Virus record (IMG/VR): IMGVR_UViG_3300028638_000013
Span: 1-59,859 of that record
DNA length: 59,859 nt
Origin: a virus
Taxonomy: Duplodnaviria > Caudoviricetes
Strand: one strand, 5' to 3'
Shown piece after piece: positions 36,620 through 47,085 of this stretch; within the stretch, counting starts at the first letter, position 1; each line of letters starts with the position of its first letter. A model generated the notes under the pieces. It saw only the letters and a program-made list of their open reading frames with translations. It had not been told where the DNA came from and made no database searches. The position numbers were made by a program, and so were the translations under genes.

Positions 36620-38043
36620 TGTGTCCATTTTATAGCATCGGAGAACAGAAAATCCGTCCTGGCACATATATCCGATATACAAACGAGGGCGGGGCGTCAG
36701 AAGGCGGAGCAAGCGCCGGCATTGGCGCAGCGGCATTCAGGGCCACTTGGGGTCCTCTCGGAACGGCTGTGACCATTGAATCGACAGCTGACATTGATAA
36801 ATACTTCGGAGCAGCTGATGGCGCTGAAAACAATAGCGACATCATTACAGAGATGCTCAAAAGCGCAAGACGCGTTGTAGCAATCCGACTTGGAACTGGT
36901 GGGTCCTTCGCATCTTACATCATCAAAGACACCACTGGATCTCCTGTAAACGTCATTACATGCACCGCTAAATACGCCGGGTCAAGGGCGCTGTCTGTCA
37001 CCATCAAAGATAGTCTCGCGGATTCAGGTTCTAGAGAGTTTATCGTTTACGAAGGCACAAAGGAACTTCAAAAGATCACTTTTGCAAAAGGCTCAGGGGA
37101 AATTGATGCTTTGATTGCCGCACACGCTGCGTCGGGATCAAACTGGGTCACCTTGTCTAAAACGGCTGCCGGGAACGGTACCCTTCAGACGTTGACACAA
37201 CAATCACTCGCAGGCGGCGCAAACCCGACGGTTGCCAATGAAGATTATTCAAACGCTTTCACGGCGATCGAATCTCTCGACTGGGATGTTCTCGCTGTCG
37301 ACACAAACGAAGCAACCGTTCAAGCTTTGGTCCATGCGTACATTCAGCGCGTGTTCGGAAACGGAAAGCTTGCCAGAGCAGTCGTCGGAGCAACCCCGGG
37401 TGTCGATGTAACGGTGCGAATGACCGCAGGAGCGTCATACAATGATTTCTGCATGCATCATGTCCTGAACGGCTTTAAGGACGCCGCTGGCACCATTTAT
37501 GACGGGTGGAAGGCTGCAGCAAGGGTCGCAGGACTAATCGCCGCAGGACCATCAAACAAGAGCTTCACTCACGACGTTATAAGCGGAGCGGTTGATCTGA
37601 GTGAAAACCTCACCGGACCGCAAATCGAGGCCGCTATTCAGAAAGGGAACATCGTCTTCACCGTCAATGCAAACGGCCAGATTCAGATTGAGTATGGCAT
37701 TAATACCCTTGTCACTCCTACAGCAGATCAAGATTCCGGTTGGAAAAAGATTCGTCGAGTTTCTACCAGAATTGAATTGATGAAGCGTGTCACAAGCATC
37801 GCAGACCCGCTCATCGGACGAGTCGACAACAATACCGACGGCAGAGCGACCATCATAGCGGCAGCACAGGGTGTAATTAACCGAATGATCCAAGAGGGCA
37901 AATTGATCGATGGGCTAATCTATGAGGACCCAAGCAACCCGCCAGTCGGAGACAGTGCATGGTTCAAATTAGATGTTAACGATCTCGACAGCGCAGAGAA
38001 GATCTACCTCTCATTCGGTTTCAGATTCGCGCCGGAAGCATAG
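36619..38043 (+). CDS. Tail sheath protein (XkdK-like)
   Basis: RPGTY, WGP, EYGINTL, WKKIRRV. Confidence 0.93.
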   Translation: MCPFYSIGEQKIRPGTYIRYTNEGGASEGGASAGIGAAAFRATWGPLGTAVTIESTADIDKYFGAADGAENNSDIITEMLKSARRVVAIRLGTGGSFASYIIKDTTGSPVNVITCTAKYAGSRALSVTIKDSLADSGSREFIVYEGTKELQKITFAKGSGEIDALIAAHAASGSNWVTLSKTAAGNGTLQTLTQQSLAGGANPTVANEDYSNAFTAIESLDWDVLAVDTNEATVQALVHAYIQRVFGNGKLARAVVGATPGVDVTVRMTAGASYNDFCMHHVLNGFKDAAGTIYDGWKAAARVAGLIAAGPSNKSFTHDVISGAVDLSENLTGPQIEAAIQKGNIVFTVNANGQIQIEYGINTLVTPTADQDSGWKKIRRVSTRIELMKRVTSIADPLIGRVDNNTDGRATIIAAAQGVINRMIQEGKLIDGLIYEDPSNPPVGDSAWFKLDVNDLDSAEKIYLSFGFRFAPEA

Positions 38044-38055
38044 GAGGGATAACAG

Positions 38056-38502
38056 ATGCCAAAAGAAATGATTGATGCACGTAAACTGTTAACCGGACGA
38101 AATGGAGAGCTCTATGACGAGGAAGGAAACTTTCTCGCCATGGTTAACACATTTCAAGCACAGGTAAACATTTCAAACGTTGACTATCGACCAGCCGGGG
38201 AAGCAATCTCTGTCGCTGTGTTTGATAGTTACAGCGTTACCCTGACGTTTCAGGAAACGGTAATCAAGGATGCTATCCTGCTGAAGAAGCTGGTAGACGC
38301 ATTGAAGGCAAAAAAACAGCTACTCGCAAACTTCCAAGGTGTCGTCCGCGGGCACGATGCCACAGAACAGCGCATGGTATTCAGATCGTGTGTTCCTGAC
38401 GGCGCGATTGATCTCCAAAATATCCAACCGGGTGACATTCTCAACAGGGCGTGGAGCTGGCGTGTAAACGAAGCACCGGATCTGCAAAAGCTACTCGGAT
38501 AA
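38056..38502 (+). CDS. Tail tube protein (XkdM-like)
   Basis: Follows sheath; 148 aa; LTGRNGELY. Confidence 0.85.
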   Translation: MPKEMIDARKLLTGRNGELYDEEGNFLAMVNTFQAQVNISNVDYRPAGEAISVAVFDSYSVTLTFQETVIKDAILLKKLVDALKAKKQLLANFQGVVRGHDATEQRMVFRSCVPDGAIDLQNIQPGDILNRAWSWRVNEAPDLQKLLG

Positions 38503-38529
38503 AAGAACTGAAAGCGGAGGGAAAGTATC

Positions 38530-39060
38530 ATGAATAAAGATGAGATTTTAATGCAGGAATCAGACATTTTGAAAGGCATTCTCGAATGCGCAGGCGGAAT
38601 CACATCGGACGAGTCCTACTCCTTTATTGATGTTCGAAAAGGAGAAGACGAATCCGGCGCATACCGCAGAGTCGTAACCTACAGCGACGAACCATTACCT
38701 TTTTTGGAGAATGAACGCGTGCTTGTGCGGTTCCGCGTTCGCGGACTCCTGCAGGACGAGTACAACAAATGCAAAGAAGAAGCGACCAAATACGTCCGAA
38801 ACAAGCAATACGGCGGCATTAAAATGCCCGTGGACACAGATGTCGTGAAGTTTTACGACAAACTGATCTATACCGCAACCCACGACGAGGACAAAGCGAA
38901 GATCTGGGACAACAAAGATGCCTGGAAACCGCTGAACATCGTCACGGGCAGCGATATGGTATCCAAGCTCCTGCTCGCAGGCGAAAAGGACGCTATCATC
39001 GAGGTGCTAGACAAAAAATCCGGGTTTGCATCAAGTCTTGAAGAAGTCGCAAAAAAGTAA
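38530..39060 (+). CDS. Tail assembly chaperone (XkdN-like)
   Basis: LLAGE...EVAKK; ends in slippery site. Confidence 0.85.
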   Translation: MNKDEILMQESDILKGILECAGGITSDESYSFIDVRKGEDESGAYRRVVTYSDEPLPFLENERVLVRFRVRGLLQDEYNKCKEEATKYVRNKQYGGIKMPVDTDVVKFYDKLIYTATHDEDKAKIWDNKDAWKPLNIVTGSDMVSKLLLAGEKDAIIEVLDKKSGFASSLEEVAKK

Positions 39061-39254
39061 TAAGAGCAGGTGGCACTTCCTATCTGCTCTTTCAAATTTT
39101 CATCCGTACTGGTAGAACACCTGACGAAATAATGGACAAACCGCCGGGGGTGCGAGACTTTTGTCTCGCCTCCATGCGCGTCCAACTTGAACTCGAAAAT
39201 GGCGTCGAACAATCGGAACAAGATGATCCTGACGAGGACGACGATGAAGAATAG
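39051..39254 (+). other. Programmed -1 frameshift (A AAA AAG) and chaperone extension
   Basis: AAAAAAG at 39051-39057 before TAA; -1 frame open (VIRAGGTSYLLFQIF...ASMRVQLE...) to TAG 39254. Confidence 0.85.
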
Positions 39255-39265
39255 GGGGTGAGCTG

Positions 39266-41677
39266 ATGGGCGAAGAGCTTTACAGAATAATCATTCCAGT
39301 TGAGGTACAGGACAAAACAAACCCAGCGCTTGCGCAAGCAGAGAAAAGCGTGTCTCAATTCGAAAAAAGTATGAAGAAATCAGAAGAGCGAATGAATCGG
39401 ATGGGAAGAAGCAAGCTCGCACTCACGATCAGCGCTGTAGACAAAGCATCTGCGATCATCGGGAAGATAAGCAGCGGAGCGGCGTCGCTTGTTCGCAAGC
39501 CTTTTCAATTTACAATTCGCGCCATCGATTTGGCCACAGCACCGCTTCGGTCGGCTTTGCGGTTTGCCACGTCTGTGCGGGGCATTCTAACGGGCATGTT
39601 TGCCGGGTATGCCTTCAACAAGATGGTAAGAGGCCCAATCGCTCTAGCCGATGCCCTCGTTCAAGCAGAGGTCGGGTTTGAAACCATGCTCGGGAGTGCG
39701 GAAGCCGCGAAGAACATGATGAACGAGATCAAAGCCTTCGCGATAAAGACACCGTTCTCGACGCAGGGCATCGTCCAGCAGACCCAGAGGATGATGGCCT
39801 TCGGATGGGAAGCACAGAACGTGCTGAGGGACATGGAGCGAATCGGAAATGCCGCGGCAGCCACCGGGCGCGGTGAAGAAGGCATGGGACGGATTATCCT
39901 GGCACTAGGACAAATTAGGATGAAAGGAAAATTGTCAGCAGAGGAACTGAACCAACTCGCAGAAGCCGGCGTAAGGGCGCGTGAGTATATTTCAAAAGGC
40001 CTCGGCGTTGACATCCCAACCATGAGCAAAATGGCCGAAAAAGGCTTGATTGACGCGAATAAAGCTGTCGATCTTATCCTGCAGGGCATGTCTGAATTCG
40101 ACGGTCAAATGGATAAAACAGCCACAAAGACTCTGACTGGATTAATCAGCCAAATCAAAGATACGTTCGAAGTTTCAATCATTGAAAAGTGGGGCAAAGG
40201 TCTGCAAACAGGAGCAATAGACGGCCTGTCTAAACTGAATAATTTTCTTACAACAAACAGAGGTCGCCTTGATAAGTGGGGCGAGACGTTTGAAAAGATC
40301 GGAAAGACCATTAGTCTGGGTCTTGTAGATGCATTTACTACCCTTGGATCAAGAGCAGCCCGCGCTTTTGATGATCTCTCAAAGGCTGAGAAAGTGTCTG
40401 GATATATGGACGACATGAGCAACTCCTTAACCACAGCGGGCAAGATCAAGTTTCTCTGGGACAGAATCGTCTATGAACCATTTCAGGAGTGGTGGCGAGG
40501 TAAAGGCAGAGAAAAGACAATTGCTATCGCATCCGACATTGGAACTACCATGGGAGGCTCGATAGGAGGCTTTCTGTCTGCTGCACTAGGAATCGCGAGC
40601 GAATCTACAGGCGGACAGCAATCTCCGTTCGTGGAGGCAGGCACAACCGCAGGGAAGGCATTCTTTGAAGCGTTTTGGGCGGCGTTTGATGCTGATCTTT
40701 TGGCAGATAAGGCGAAAAAAGCCTTTGTCGCAGTTGCAAAAGATGCCGGTACTTTGGCTCCCGGAGGTAAAGAAGCGTCTGGGACCAGCGCTTTGTCACT
40801 TCTCGGGGTTGGATATCTCGGATCAAAAGCGATTAAAGGCGCTCGGGCGGTAGGTAAACCGGTAAAATTCGGAATTGATCTGTTAAAGAGTTTTAAGACC
40901 GGATTTAATCAAGGAACTACTCAAGTTGTGCAGGAAATGGCAGCAGCATCCCCTCAAGCGGCAAAAGCCACCGGTTTGCTTGACCAATACGGGAAACCGA
41001 TTGTGAACACAGCAACTGCAGGAGCCAAAACCGTCGACAAAGTGGCGGATGTTGCGAAAGTTGCCTCCGGAGTCTCAAAAGGCGCAAAAATGGTGAGCAA
41101 AGTGCCAGCACTTAGCCTTCTTTCAAGCGGCCTCATAATTGCGACCGCGAGCAAAGGCGAAAGAGGGAAGGAGACCGCAGGCGAAGTTGGAGGATTCGGA
41201 GGGTTGATCGCCGGAATGAAACTTGGCGCAGTCGGCGGAGCTGCAACCGGAAGCGTTGTGCCCGGAATAGGTACTGCTGCAGGAGCCATCGCCGGATCGT
41301 TGATCGGAGCTATAGGCGGCAGCATCGGCGGTGAAATGATTGCAGAAAAGATATATCAAAAGATTAAAAGCACGCCAAAAATCATAGATCCATCATACGC
41401 ACAAGGGGCGGCTTATGGTAGATACGCACCGCGGAATGCTGAATCGCTAAAAGTAAAAGCCGCAGAAACAACCCAGAAAACAGAGCAAAAAGTAGATGTC
41501 AAAGTTACCGCGCCGATCAACATACATGTCAAAACGGATGCTGATGCTGCGTCAGTTGTGTCTGTCGTCAACCAAAACTCGAAGCTTATAGCGGACAAAA
41601 TCGCCGCTGACTTAGCCAACGGGCTGTCCTCGGTGTTCTTTAACATGCCGAAGTCACGAAAGGTGGCGCTTGAATAA
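39266..41677 (+). CDS. Tape measure protein
   Basis: FETMLGS, KTPF, ALGQI...GKL..EELNQLAE; Gly/Ala-rich. Confidence 0.93.
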   Translation: MGEELYRIIIPVEVQDKTNPALAQAEKSVSQFEKSMKKSEERMNRMGRSKLALTISAVDKASAIIGKISSGAASLVRKPFQFTIRAIDLATAPLRSALRFATSVRGILTGMFAGYAFNKMVRGPIALADALVQAEVGFETMLGSAEAAKNMMNEIKAFAIKTPFSTQGIVQQTQRMMAFGWEAQNVLRDMERIGNAAAATGRGEEGMGRIILALGQIRMKGKLSAEELNQLAEAGVRAREYISKGLGVDIPTMSKMAEKGLIDANKAVDLILQGMSEFDGQMDKTATKTLTGLISQIKDTFEVSIIEKWGKGLQTGAIDGLSKLNNFLTTNRGRLDKWGETFEKIGKTISLGLVDAFTTLGSRAARAFDDLSKAEKVSGYMDDMSNSLTTAGKIKFLWDRIVYEPFQEWWRGKGREKTIAIASDIGTTMGGSIGGFLSAALGIASESTGGQQSPFVEAGTTAGKAFFEAFWAAFDADLLADKAKKAFVAVAKDAGTLAPGGKEASGTSALSLLGVGYLGSKAIKGARAVGKPVKFGIDLLKSFKTGFNQGTTQVVQEMAAASPQAAKATGLLDQYGKPIVNTATAGAKTVDKVADVAKVASGVSKGAKMVSKVPALSLLSSGLIIATASKGERGKETAGEVGGFGGLIAGMKLGAVGGAATGSVVPGIGTAAGAIAGSLIGAIGGSIGGEMIAEKIYQKIKSTPKIIDPSYAQGAAYGRYAPRNAESLKVKAAETTQKTEQKVDVKVTAPINIHVKTDADAASVVSVVNQNSKLIADKIAADLANGLSSVFFNMPKSRKVALE

Positions 41678-42318
41678 TGGATTTTTACATCATGGAGCTG
41701 GACCAGCAAAACAAGCTGGTCCGGCAAATTAAGTTACCGCTTAATCCGCAGGCTATAACGATTCAAACAGGCGCTATGACAGAAGATTACAGCATCATCA
41801 ATGTCGGCGATATCCGCATTCCTAAAGGGAATAAGCTTGACAGCGTGTCGTGGGAAGGGAAACTGCCGGGTGAGCATTTGAAGACAATGCCATACATCAA
41901 AGACTGGCGTGACCCGAAAGGACTGTACAATCTGCTTCTTGACTACAAAAAGAGAGGACAGAAGCTGCGGCTGATGGTAACAGAAACGCCCATTTTACTC
42001 GATGTATACATTGAGGAATTCACAGGCACCATCGCAGGTGGCACGGGAGATATTGATTACAATATAGCGTTGATAGAAGCAAAGGATCTGATTGTTTACA
42101 CAACGGCTGAGGGAAAGGGATCAGTAAGTACCACCGCTATACGTCCCCAACCATCGGGCACAAAGACATATACCGTGAAATCGGGAGATTCGCTCTGGAA
42201 GATCGCGCAAGCGCTCCTGGGAAAAGGCGCTCGATATCCTGAGATTCAAAGCCTCAACAGCATCAAAGATCCGAATAAAATCTATGTAGGTCAAGTTTTG
42301 AAAATACCGAATGCTTAG
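41677..42318 (+). CDS. LysM tail-tube initiator (XkdP-like)
   Basis: LPLNP N-terminus; YTVKSGDSLWKIA...IYVGQVLKIP. Confidence 0.9.
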   Translation: MDFYIMELDQQNKLVRQIKLPLNPQAITIQTGAMTEDYSIINVGDIRIPKGNKLDSVSWEGKLPGEHLKTMPYIKDWRDPKGLYNLLLDYKKRGQKLRLMVTETPILLDVYIEEFTGTIAGGTGDIDYNIALIEAKDLIVYTTAEGKGSVSTTAIRPQPSGTKTYTVKSGDSLWKIAQALLGKGARYPEIQSLNSIKDPNKIYVGQVLKIPNA

Positions 42319-42329
42319 GAGGTGGCCGT

Positions 42330-43334
42330 TTGATCGATATAAAGAAATTGAAGTATAAGGTCGTATTATTATCGAGCGACGGCCAGCCTACTGATTTAAC
42401 GCCTGTTCTGGAAGGTCTCGACTGGGAGGAAAACGACGGCGAACTCGCGGCCAAAGCAACCGTTGAGCTGACCAACGTTAAACTTGCCGGAACCTATGTA
42501 TCGACCATGGCAAAACTTGGAGCAATCCTCTTCATCTATGCAAACGCAACTGGACAGGACGCCGAAGTCTTCAGAGGCAAAATCTATAACTGGGCTTATA
42601 AAAAATCAGACAAGAAAAATCTAACTCTGACGGTCTATGACGCACTCTACCCATTGCAGAAGTCGAGAGACAATCGATATTACAAAGCAGGCAGCACCGC
42701 GAAAAGCATGATCATTGATATATTTAAATCTTGGAGTGTTCCAATAGGCTCCATAGAAGGACCCGACATCGCAATTGGGAAAAAAGTGTTCAGGAGTGCT
42801 TACTTATCCGATATGACGCTTGAAATTTTAGATGATGCGAAGAAAAAGGGCGGCGGAAAGTATATTGTTAAATCCAGAGCAGGCACCGTCAACGTCGTTA
42901 AAAGAGGGAGCAATGCTGAGGTTTACACCTTCGACGAGGAGCAAAATGCATTTGCAGTCGGCGATCAACTATCCATTGAAAACCTCGTGACTCGCGTAAA
43001 GGTCATTGGAGAACGGCAAGCCACAAGCGATGCTAATCCGGTGGTTCAGGCTGTAGTTGATGGTAAAACTGATTTCGGGATACTGCAGGAGCTTTACCAG
43101 CGCGGCGGAGACGAGACAATAGAGGCGGCTAAAAAAGCAGCTGGCGATATCATCAGCGAACGAGGCAAGCCGGAACGAACCATAACGGTACAATTGCCGG
43201 ATATCCCTTTTATCCGGAAAGGCGATAAAGTCAAGATAAGAGCCGCCACGCTGGACGGCTTCTTTTTTGTTAAGTCAATTCAGCACGACGCAAGCAAGAA
43301 GACCATGGCAATGGAGGTCGAGCCTTATGAGTAG
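42330..43334 (+). CDS. Baseplate hub (XkdQ-like)
   Basis: Position; VTRVKV, IRKGDKV. Confidence 0.82.
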   Translation: MIDIKKLKYKVVLLSSDGQPTDLTPVLEGLDWEENDGELAAKATVELTNVKLAGTYVSTMAKLGAILFIYANATGQDAEVFRGKIYNWAYKKSDKKNLTLTVYDALYPLQKSRDNRYYKAGSTAKSMIIDIFKSWSVPIGSIEGPDIAIGKKVFRSAYLSDMTLEILDDAKKKGGGKYIVKSRAGTVNVVKRGSNAEVYTFDEEQNAFAVGDQLSIENLVTRVKVIGERQATSDANPVVQAVVDGKTDFGILQELYQRGGDETIEAAKKAAGDIISERGKPERTITVQLPDIPFIRKGDKVKIRAATLDGFFFVKSIQHDASKKTMAMEVEPYE

Positions 43335-46300
43335 TGGCATCAGTAAACTAGCTGCAGCTTTGCAGAACCGGATGATTGAAAGTGGCGAGCAACCGGCAGC
43401 TATCGACTTTGGGAGTATAAAAGCTGATGGCAGCCTCGTAACGGATTTATTCCAGGTGCCAATACCAAAAGGCGATTACATCGAAAGCTCAAATACTTTC
43501 AAAGCCGGGGATCGGGTGCTTGTTGCATGGATTGATCAGACCCCTGTAGTCATAGATACCGCCGCAATTTCAGGAATTAATGAGGAGGCAAAGTACCGAA
43601 AATGGTACTCCGGAGTGAGCTCGCCAAACACGGATGTGGGCAGCGCGGGCGATTTCTATCTGAACACAGAAACGCTTGAATTTTACACTAGAGATAGTGG
43701 AGGGTGGAACCTTCAAGGTGTTCTCGGTGGATCGAGTGGTACCGGATTGACGCTTGGTGAAGGCGTAGATAACGCTTACTACGGAGACAAGGGCAAGATC
43801 GCCCACGATCATTCTCAGTCAGCGCATGCGCCCGCAAACGCAAACTACTATGTGCACCCAGCTACACATCCACCGGCGATCATCGCACAGGATACAAATA
43901 ATCGATTTGTAACAGACGCTGAGAAAACAGCGTGGAATGCCAAAGCGGGAACGAATGTGGCTACGACCTCGATTAACGGGCTTATGTCCAGCACAGACAA
44001 AACGAAGCTGGATGGCGTTGAAACTGGGGCCACAGCCGACATGACGGCAGCGGAGATACTCACAGCCGTTAAAACGGTTGATGGACCAGCATCAGGACTT
44101 GATGCCGACACACTGGACGGGAATCACGCCTCAGCGTTTGCCACGGCGGCGCAGGGAACGAAGGCAGACGATGCGCTGCCGGCGGCGAATTATACAGCTG
44201 CTGATGTGCTGACCAAAATAAAAACGGTGGATGGTGCTGGGTCCGGACTAGACGCCGACACTCTAGATGGCAACCATGCGTCTGCATTTGCAACCGCGGC
44301 TCAAGGCACAAAAGCAGATGATGCACTCCCAGCAGCAAACTACACCGCAAACGACGTGCTGACGAAAATTAAAACAGTTGACGGCGCTTCATCGGGCTTA
44401 GATGCAGATCTGCTCGACGGCCAACACGGATCTTATTACGCCCCGGAAACAATAACCACCATCGGCACGTTAATAAGCGGCGCGATAGAGAAAACAACTC
44501 CTGTCGACGCTGACATGTTCGGATTTTCGGATAGCGCAGCATCAAATGTTTTCAAGAAGATCACTTGGAGCAGCATCAAATCCGTCCTAAAGACGTATTT
44601 TGATACGCTCTACAACAAGTATGTGCACCCAAACCACAGCGGGGACGTGACATCAACCGGAGACGGCGCAACGGCGATCGCGACGAATGCAGCGACGAAC
44701 GCCAAACTGGCTGACATGGCAGTGAACACCATAAAAGGTCGGGCTACAGCAGGCACCGGAGATCCGGAAGATCTGAGCGCGGCACAAGTAAGGACAATCC
44801 TGAACGTCGCAGACGGCGCAAACAACTACACGCACCCGGCGACACACCCGCCTGCAATTATCGCTCAGGACGCGAGCAATCGGTTTGTAACGGACACTGA
44901 AAAAGCCACATGGAATGGCAAAGCCAGCACAGCCGTGGCAACAACCAGCGCAAATGGATTAATGAGCTCCGGCGACAAAACAAAGCTGGACGGCATCGCG
45001 ACAGGGGCCAACAATTACGCCCATCCAACCGGCGACGGCAACCTTCATGTCCCGGCGACTAGCACTACCAACAACGGCAAGGTTTTAAAAGCCGGAGCTA
45101 CAGCCGGTGATCTTTCATGGGGTACGCTGGCCAAAGGTGATGTCGGGCTAGGAAGTGTGGATAATACATCCGACGCAAGCAAGCCGATAAGTACGGCGAC
45201 ACAAACTGCGTTAAATGGTAAAGCTAACACTTCGCACGCCCACGCGATATCGGACACCACAGGCCTACAGACCGCTCTCGATGGCAAGGCATCAACGACG
45301 GTAGCTACTACTGGAGCAAACGGTCTCATGAGCTTGTCTGACAAAACGAAGTTAGATGGGATCGAAGCTGGGGCGACTGCGGATATGACAGCTGCTGAAA
45401 TTCTGACGGCGGTCAAGACGGTTGATGGCTCGACAAGTGGATTAGACGCTGACCTACTCGATGGACTCCATGCTGCATCATTCTCGCTAGCGACACATAA
45501 CCACGATTCAGCATACGAGCCAAAGAATACTAACATTCAAACCCACATAAGCAACACAACTAATCCACACAGTGTTACAAAGACGCAAGTAGGTCTTGGA
45601 AACGTAGACAATACTTCTGATGCTAACAAACCCATCAGCACAGCAACTCAAACAGCACTGAACGGAAAAGCCGACACTTCCCATACGCACGCAGATGCGA
45701 CTCAAGGCGTATCTGGATTCATGAGTGCAGCGGACAAATTGAAATTAGACGGCATCGACGGAGCGTCTGGTATGACTGCTGCGGAGATACTCACAGCAAT
45801 CAAAACGGTCGACGGTTCCGACAGTGGACTTGATGCTGATTTGTTGGACGGCCAACACGGCAGTTATTTCAGAATTAATTACAATGCCGTTGTTAGAAGG
45901 TCTGTGTGGTCTAAAATTTTGTACGCAACAAACACAAATTTATTTGGATCATTCATGGTTACAGTCAGTCACACTAGAGGGAGTGTAGTTGTAGGAAACA
46001 CTTTCATGGTAACGTTTGGTCACAGTAATCATGGTCAAATCACACAACTTGGGTCGCATGGGTATTCTCAAATACAAGCACGCCTGAGCACGACAAACGC
46101 AAACGATGTGTATTTAGAACTTTATGATTCAAATGTATCAGACGGAAGTGACGACAACGCATATACGGTATGGATTGACAACATTTGTTGCGCGATTACT
46201 CCTTATGACACTTTCACAGATGGTAGTGGATCTGTAACGATCCTGAGCGCGCTAACAACAGCGAATAACGAAATAATTGTCGACGGGAATAAGGTATGGC

Positions 46301-46638
46301 ATCAAGGGAATGACGGCGCATCATCTGGGCTAGACGCGGATCTTCTTGACGGGCTCGATGGATCAGGATATCAAAAAGCCATGGTCAAAGGCTCCGGCAC
46401 AATCCCTACCACAGGATGGACTGCTAACACCGGTGACTACCCGCTTAAAGTCAACGTCGCGATCACGGGCACGCTAACTACGGATTACGTCATGGTCGAC
46501 GTTGCCAACGACTCTGTCGACGTGGCGCAAGCCGCGGAGCTCAGTCCAAACGTCACAGAGTACGCGGGCGGGATTACTTTTTACTGCAAGACCACCCCGA
46601 CGGCGTCCATCCCATTTAACTACACGAGATTGAGGTGA
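43327..46638 (+). CDS. XkdR/DUF2577-like spike domain fused to ~1000-aa repetitive fibre
   Basis: IDFGSI...FKAGDRVLV...VVID, then DADLLDG, GLMS..DK.KLDG and VGLG.VDNTSD fibre repeats. Confidence 0.8.
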   Translation: MSSGISKLAAALQNRMIESGEQPAAIDFGSIKADGSLVTDLFQVPIPKGDYIESSNTFKAGDRVLVAWIDQTPVVIDTAAISGINEEAKYRKWYSGVSSPNTDVGSAGDFYLNTETLEFYTRDSGGWNLQGVLGGSSGTGLTLGEGVDNAYYGDKGKIAHDHSQSAHAPANANYYVHPATHPPAIIAQDTNNRFVTDAEKTAWNAKAGTNVATTSINGLMSSTDKTKLDGVETGATADMTAAEILTAVKTVDGPASGLDADTLDGNHASAFATAAQGTKADDALPAANYTAADVLTKIKTVDGAGSGLDADTLDGNHASAFATAAQGTKADDALPAANYTANDVLTKIKTVDGASSGLDADLLDGQHGSYYAPETITTIGTLISGAIEKTTPVDADMFGFSDSAASNVFKKITWSSIKSVLKTYFDTLYNKYVHPNHSGDVTSTGDGATAIATNAATNAKLADMAVNTIKGRATAGTGDPEDLSAAQVRTILNVADGANNYTHPATHPPAIIAQDASNRFVTDTEKATWNGKASTAVATTSANGLMSSGDKTKLDGIATGANNYAHPTGDGNLHVPATSTTNNGKVLKAGATAGDLSWGTLAKGDVGLGSVDNTSDASKPISTATQTALNGKANTSHAHAISDTTGLQTALDGKASTTVATTGANGLMSLSDKTKLDGIEAGATADMTAAEILTAVKTVDGSTSGLDADLLDGLHAASFSLATHNHDSAYEPKNTNIQTHISNTTNPHSVTKTQVGLGNVDNTSDANKPISTATQTALNGKADTSHTHADATQGVSGFMSAADKLKLDGIDGASGMTAAEILTAIKTVDGSDSGLDADLLDGQHGSYFRINYNAVVRRSVWSKILYATNTNLFGSFMVTVSHTRGSVVVGNTFMVTFGHSNHGQITQLGSHGYSQIQARLSTTNANDVYLELYDSNVSDGSDDNAYTVWIDNICCAITPYDTFTDGSGSVTILSALTTANNEIIVDGNKVWHQGNDGASSGLDADLLDGLDGSGYQKAMVKGSGTIPTTGWTANTGDYPLKVNVAITGTLTTDYVMVDVANDSVDVAQAAELSPNVTEYAGGITFYCKTTPTASIPFNYTRLR

Positions 46639-46640
46639 TG
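46517..46640 (+). repeat. 124-bp repeat, copy 1 (3' end of spike-fibre)
   Basis: 120/124 identical to 50175-50298 by manual comparison. Confidence 0.9.
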
Positions 46641-46642
46641 AC

Positions 46643-47074
46643 ATGGGCTATCCGGTATTTGACGTACCAACAATCATCGAGTCAGCACATAGTCGAGTTG
46701 CGAAGCGCAGCTGGCGGTTTGATTTCCAATCGGGCGATTTTGAAACGGATGGCGGAAACAAAGTGCAGGAGGCAGATGAATATGTAGCCTGGGCCCAATG
46801 GTGCATCAAGTGTGTGCAAACCGAACGATTCAGCAAGCTCGCATACACGAGCGACATCGGGATTGAAAGCGCTGAAATTCACAGACAAACCTCTCGAAAA
46901 GGCGCGGAGGCGGTACTTGAAAAAACGATTACAGAAGCACTCCGAGTCCATCTCAACACTGAATCCGTCCGAGATTTTACATTCACATGGAATACGGACC
47001 AATTAATCGCCGAATTTATCGTTTACCCGCGGGAAGGAGCGCCGCTTGAAGCAGCAACCACGATTAAATTATAG
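46643..47074 (+). CDS. XkdS/DUF2634 baseplate wedge (gp25-like)
   Basis: FDFQSGDF, QW..K...TERF, ITEAL. Confidence 0.85.
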   Translation: MGYPVFDVPTIIESAHSRVAKRSWRFDFQSGDFETDGGNKVQEADEYVAWAQWCIKCVQTERFSKLAYTSDIGIESAEIHRQTSRKGAEAVLEKTITEALRVHLNTESVRDFTFTWNTDQLIAEFIVYPREGAPLEAATTIKL

Positions 47075-47085
47075 GGGGTGATCCC

